From an uncultured delta proteobacterium (GTDB lineage: Bacteria; Desulfobacterota; Binatia; UBA9968), in contig CAWDPO010000023.1 in the NCBI GenBank assembly GCA_963804165.1, positions 160,001 through 224,000 on the forward strand: a stretch of 64,000 nt of DNA. The letters run 5' to 3'. Positions 61,138 to 64,000 of this stretch are shown in pieces. Under the pieces are notes generated by a model. That model saw nothing but the letters and a program-made list of their open reading frames with translations, had not been told where the DNA came from and did not search any database. A program made the translations under genes and the position numbers. Numbering within the stretch: the first letter of the stretch is position 1; each line of letters opens with the position of its first letter.

Positions 61138-61243
61138 CTTAATTCCGGTACAGTCTTACAATGTCTGATGATTTCAGGAGCCATTCAGAAACAGAATCTT
61201 CCGTTAGCTTCCCTTTTATTATAGCAAAACACCTTCAGATCCT

Positions 61244-62137
61244 TTATAACCAGTCGCGTAAGCACCAAGTGTACCCCACATCTTCCATAGTTTTGTGTGT
61301 AGCGCGCCACACTTTGAATTTCTCACGCACCGATAAGTCAGACTTCCAGGTATTGGGTCGAGCTTTGCGGACAAAACCTTGAGGCAGCTTTGCAGTTGGG
61401 CCCGTGTGTACCTCGACTTCGCCATAGACGGGAATGGGAGTTCCGCCCGATTCCATCACGTCCGCTCTGTTAGCTTCAATCGCTAGCTTAATGTCATCGT
61501 CGTTCCAGGACACATCAAGGAACAGTGCAAGGTCCTTTAATGTTTCCACTGGAAAGTTCCAGAGCCTTTCATAACTAAGCTCGTAGAACTCGTGAGTGGA
61601 TAGATTCCTGGCAGAGGACTGAACTGCTTGAACATGTTGGACCCACATGGCCGCGGCAAGTCCAGGATGGTTCGGCGCCCAGGTCGCTCCCCAGGTCCGA
61701 GAAGCTGCCATCAGTGAAGCTACCACATCTCTAGCATCTCGCAACAAATGTATAAAACGACTGTCAGGCAATAATTCTTTAATCTCAGGTATAAACAACG
61801 CATGAGATGGCGTTTTTTCTAAAAACAATTCTTCTGGTTGCAACCGATCGATCACCGGCTTGAGTAATTCCAAGAGATAGTCTTTCAAAATCGCCAGAAA
61901 TTCTTCTTCACGGAAATAGGCTGGTGGACCAGCCGCATGACCAATTCCGGCATTGAAATGGTGTGTTTTTTGGCTTTTCCATGCGCGCAATTGTGGACCC
62001 ACATATAAGCTAAACAAATGTGACTCTTCACCAGAACGAACTCTTGGATGACTTGCCAATAGTTTTTGAAGCCAGGTCGTACCGCTACGCGGACAGCCTA
62101 CGAGAAAGACCAAGTTTTTACCCGTGTACTCCATCAC
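61244..62137 (-). CDS. Sulfotransferase
   Basis: PAPS-binding GCPRSGTT, EKTP and RDARDVVAS. Confidence 0.92.
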   Translation of the reverse strand: MMEYTGKNLVFLVGCPRSGTTWLQKLLASHPRVRSGEESHLFSLYVGPQLRAWKSQKTHHFNAGIGHAAGPPAYFREEEFLAILKDYLLELLKPVIDRLQPEELFLEKTPSHALFIPEIKELLPDSRFIHLLRDARDVVASLMAASRTWGATWAPNHPGLAAAMWVQHVQAVQSSARNLSTHEFYELSYERLWNFPVETLKDLALFLDVSWNDDDIKLAIEANRADVMESGGTPIPVYGEVEVHTGPTAKLPQGFVRKARPNTWKSDLSVREKFKVWRATHKTMEDVGYTWCLRDWL

Positions 62138-62223
62138 ATTATCTGCTCAAGAGATTCGGGTGCTCCCTTTCAGCGACCGCAACGACGCAAGCCGCTCACG
62201 CACATCAAAAGCAAGATGAGAAG

Positions 62224-63081
62224 TTAATGCGCAGGCTTTTCCGCCGGAGCATAAAGAAATCCTGGATATCGTTCTTGCACACCGCCGGTTTTTTGTCCGA
62301 CAGCGAAAATGGTATCTCCGCGCTCCCTTGCTTTTACTAAACCTAAACTAAGAACGTTGCCGATTTTGAGCAACGCTTTCATTTGGAGTGTCCATATCCA
62401 TCCAAATTGCTGATCCTGGTAAACATCAACCGTTTTAAACACGCTAGGTGTATAGCCGCAAAGCTTGAGGAGCTCTCTTACTTCCCACGGAACATATTCA
62501 TGGTTGTGACGATCTGTACTAGGCTGCCGTTGATACACCGGATAAATATTGGGATTGCCGCCGCGTAGAATCCTAAGGATCGATCGAGTCGATGCGCAAT
62601 TTGGCGTGGACAGAATTAAACAGCCTCCCAACTTCGTGATACGATTGATCTCGGACATTGTTTGTAAGGGATCACGGCTCAGATGCTCTAAGACTTCGGT
62701 AAAAATTACGACATCGAATGAACCATCTTGATACGGGAAGGGTCCCTCGATGTCGAACCGATCAACGTGAAAAGAATACCTCTCTCCATTCCGCGCATTT
62801 TGCAGGAAGTTATCCTCGCTTGCAGGTTTCCGCTCCTGAAAAGGCTCCGTTAAAGTAATATCGGTGGCCCCAAGAATGTCCCTAAGAGCGGGTACTAGGC
62901 TTCCGTAAGAGCCCACATCGACGATACGCGTCCCCGGCTGAATTATGGCGCGAAGCAAAGACACCGTCTCGGCAAAACGATTCATGTGAACTTTCACGTA
63001 ATCGTTCACATACGCTATTGAATCATACTGTGGGGCCAGCAACGCGGTTTCAACGGCTCGTCGAAGTTCAAAAAAATCCAT
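62224..63081 (-). CDS. Class I SAM-dependent methyltransferase
   Basis: VDVGSYG, FDVVIFTEVLEH and STPN. Confidence 0.88.
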   Translation of the reverse strand: MDFFELRRAVETALLAPQYDSIAYVNDYVKVHMNRFAETVSLLRAIIQPGTRIVDVGSYGSLVPALRDILGATDITLTEPFQERKPASEDNFLQNARNGERYSFHVDRFDIEGPFPYQDGSFDVVIFTEVLEHLSRDPLQTMSEINRITKLGGCLILSTPNCASTRSILRILRGGNPNIYPVYQRQPSTDRHNHEYVPWEVRELLKLCGYTPSVFKTVDVYQDQQFGWIWTLQMKALLKIGNVLSLGLVKARERGDTIFAVGQKTGGVQERYPGFLYAPAEKPAH

Positions 63082-63376
63082 TGAATTGAACGGTAATGGA
63101 GGTTATGAGATCGGCTGTGGATTAGGTGTCCAAGGAATCATTTTTTCAAAAAATAGTTGCCCTTGCCGTCTATTGAATTCAAGGATTCGGTCGATTGTGC
63201 TATACCAATCAACATTCCAATTTATGCAAATATAGCATAACCGCCTAGTTCCAGACACGACTTTCCATGGGAGATACCAAATCTTTTACATCTAAGCAGC
63301 GCCCATCGTTTTTAAATTCGTTGGGAGTTGTCATGCTACAGGCACAGCAGAACCGCGGAGACTTCGACATTAGATC

Positions 63377-64000
63377 TTGAAAGCACCCTCTATGTCACCC
63401 TTGCCGCATCTGCCCGGCGCTCAATCTAGTCGGCAAATCGCCATTATCTGCGATACCGTCCCATATCCAACGCGATCTGGCGACAATCAGCGTATCGCCG
63501 AACTTATTAGTGTTTTAAGGGAACAAGGATGGTATGTGCATCTTGTGCTTTGCGGCCTGATCGAGCGCAGATTTAGAAACATTTGTCGCTCGCACGTGGA
63601 CGCCTTGCATATCTACAGCGGCAGGGGACTGAGAACTCGTGTTCGAAATGCCTTGCGCCGCGCCGTCCGGTTGCTTGATCGCGCCGGAAAAATCGTCAGC
63701 ATACCGCCCATGGAAACAATTGCTAATCGACTGCTTGGTCGTTCTGTTTCGCCGTTCATTATTGACTATTGGCAACGTTACCCAAGAGGGGCTAAGCGAT
63801 TTTGTCGCGGAACTAGAGGCGCGTTTCCTGTGGAGGGCCGTGATCGTTGAATATATTTGGCTATACCAATCCAACAGACAAACTGAAGAATGGCATCATC
63901 CGGCTGCTTGACACACACGACATCCAGCACAAACGAGTTGAGGAATTCGCATCCCGAGGCATGATGTTTCCTCTGCAGATTACCCGAGACGAAGAACGCC
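63377..64000 (+). CDS. Glycosyltransferase (GT4-like) N-terminal part; frameshifted and runs off the window
   Basis: PYPTRSGDNQRI, VIVEYIWL and LLDTHD across frames. Confidence 0.7.

Noticed and set aside
433-64000. Many frameshifts (degQ, mscS, two tctC, tonB, hemP, receptor, pilW, glycosyltransferase) as programmed frameshifting, phase variation or mass pseudogenisation
   Set aside because: They are single-base indels, often in short homopolymers, scattered over unrelated and otherwise intact genes. Sequencing or consensus error is the simplest explanation.
1-64000. CRISPR arrays, tRNA/rRNA genes, IS elements and anti-phage defence genes
   Set aside because: No regularly spaced repeats, RNA-gene signatures, or transposase, integrase or defence-type ORFs were recognised by eye.

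Overview
A 64 kb bacterial chromosomal segment, apparently from a deltaproteobacterial-grade organism. The many Bug/TctC and NMT1-type binding proteins suggest Ca. Binatia/Binatota, but this is inference only. Several genes carry single-base indels, often in homopolymers, which are probably long-read consensus errors. From left to right: (1) a minus-strand block with sigma-54 promoters containing a P-II gene, a DegQ protease, MscS, a TctA-TctB fusion, four TctC/Bug proteins, two ABC binding proteins and an NtrC-like activator; (2) a CLC channel with an in-frame amber codon; (3) two circularly permuted ATP-grasp/alpha-E/transglutaminase modules placed divergently around gap and a pfk-ppc deletion scar; (4) a DtxR-family regulator facing a ~13 kb metal/iron-uptake region (PhnDCE-like ABC, cytochrome c-FTR1, Com-like Cys4 microprotein, ExbBD-TonB, HemP, TonB-dependent receptor, PiuC, DUF3016, PepSY-flavodoxin, DUF4198); (5) housekeeping tmk-holB-metG-tatD; (6) two tandem type IV minor-pilin sets with pilD and surface-glycan enzymes. 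The best candidate for an undescribed system is an RNA-level iron-control cascade. A Mu Com-like zinc-ribbon microprotein gene lies just upstream of a promoter with a Fur-type palindrome. The leader of that promoter has four AG-N3/4-CC repeats running into an intrinsic terminator, which suggests protein-dependent antitermination. Further along the same operon, HemP is followed by GCCAGCCAGCG repeats flanking a GNRA hairpin. No rRNA, tRNA, CRISPR array or transposase was seen.
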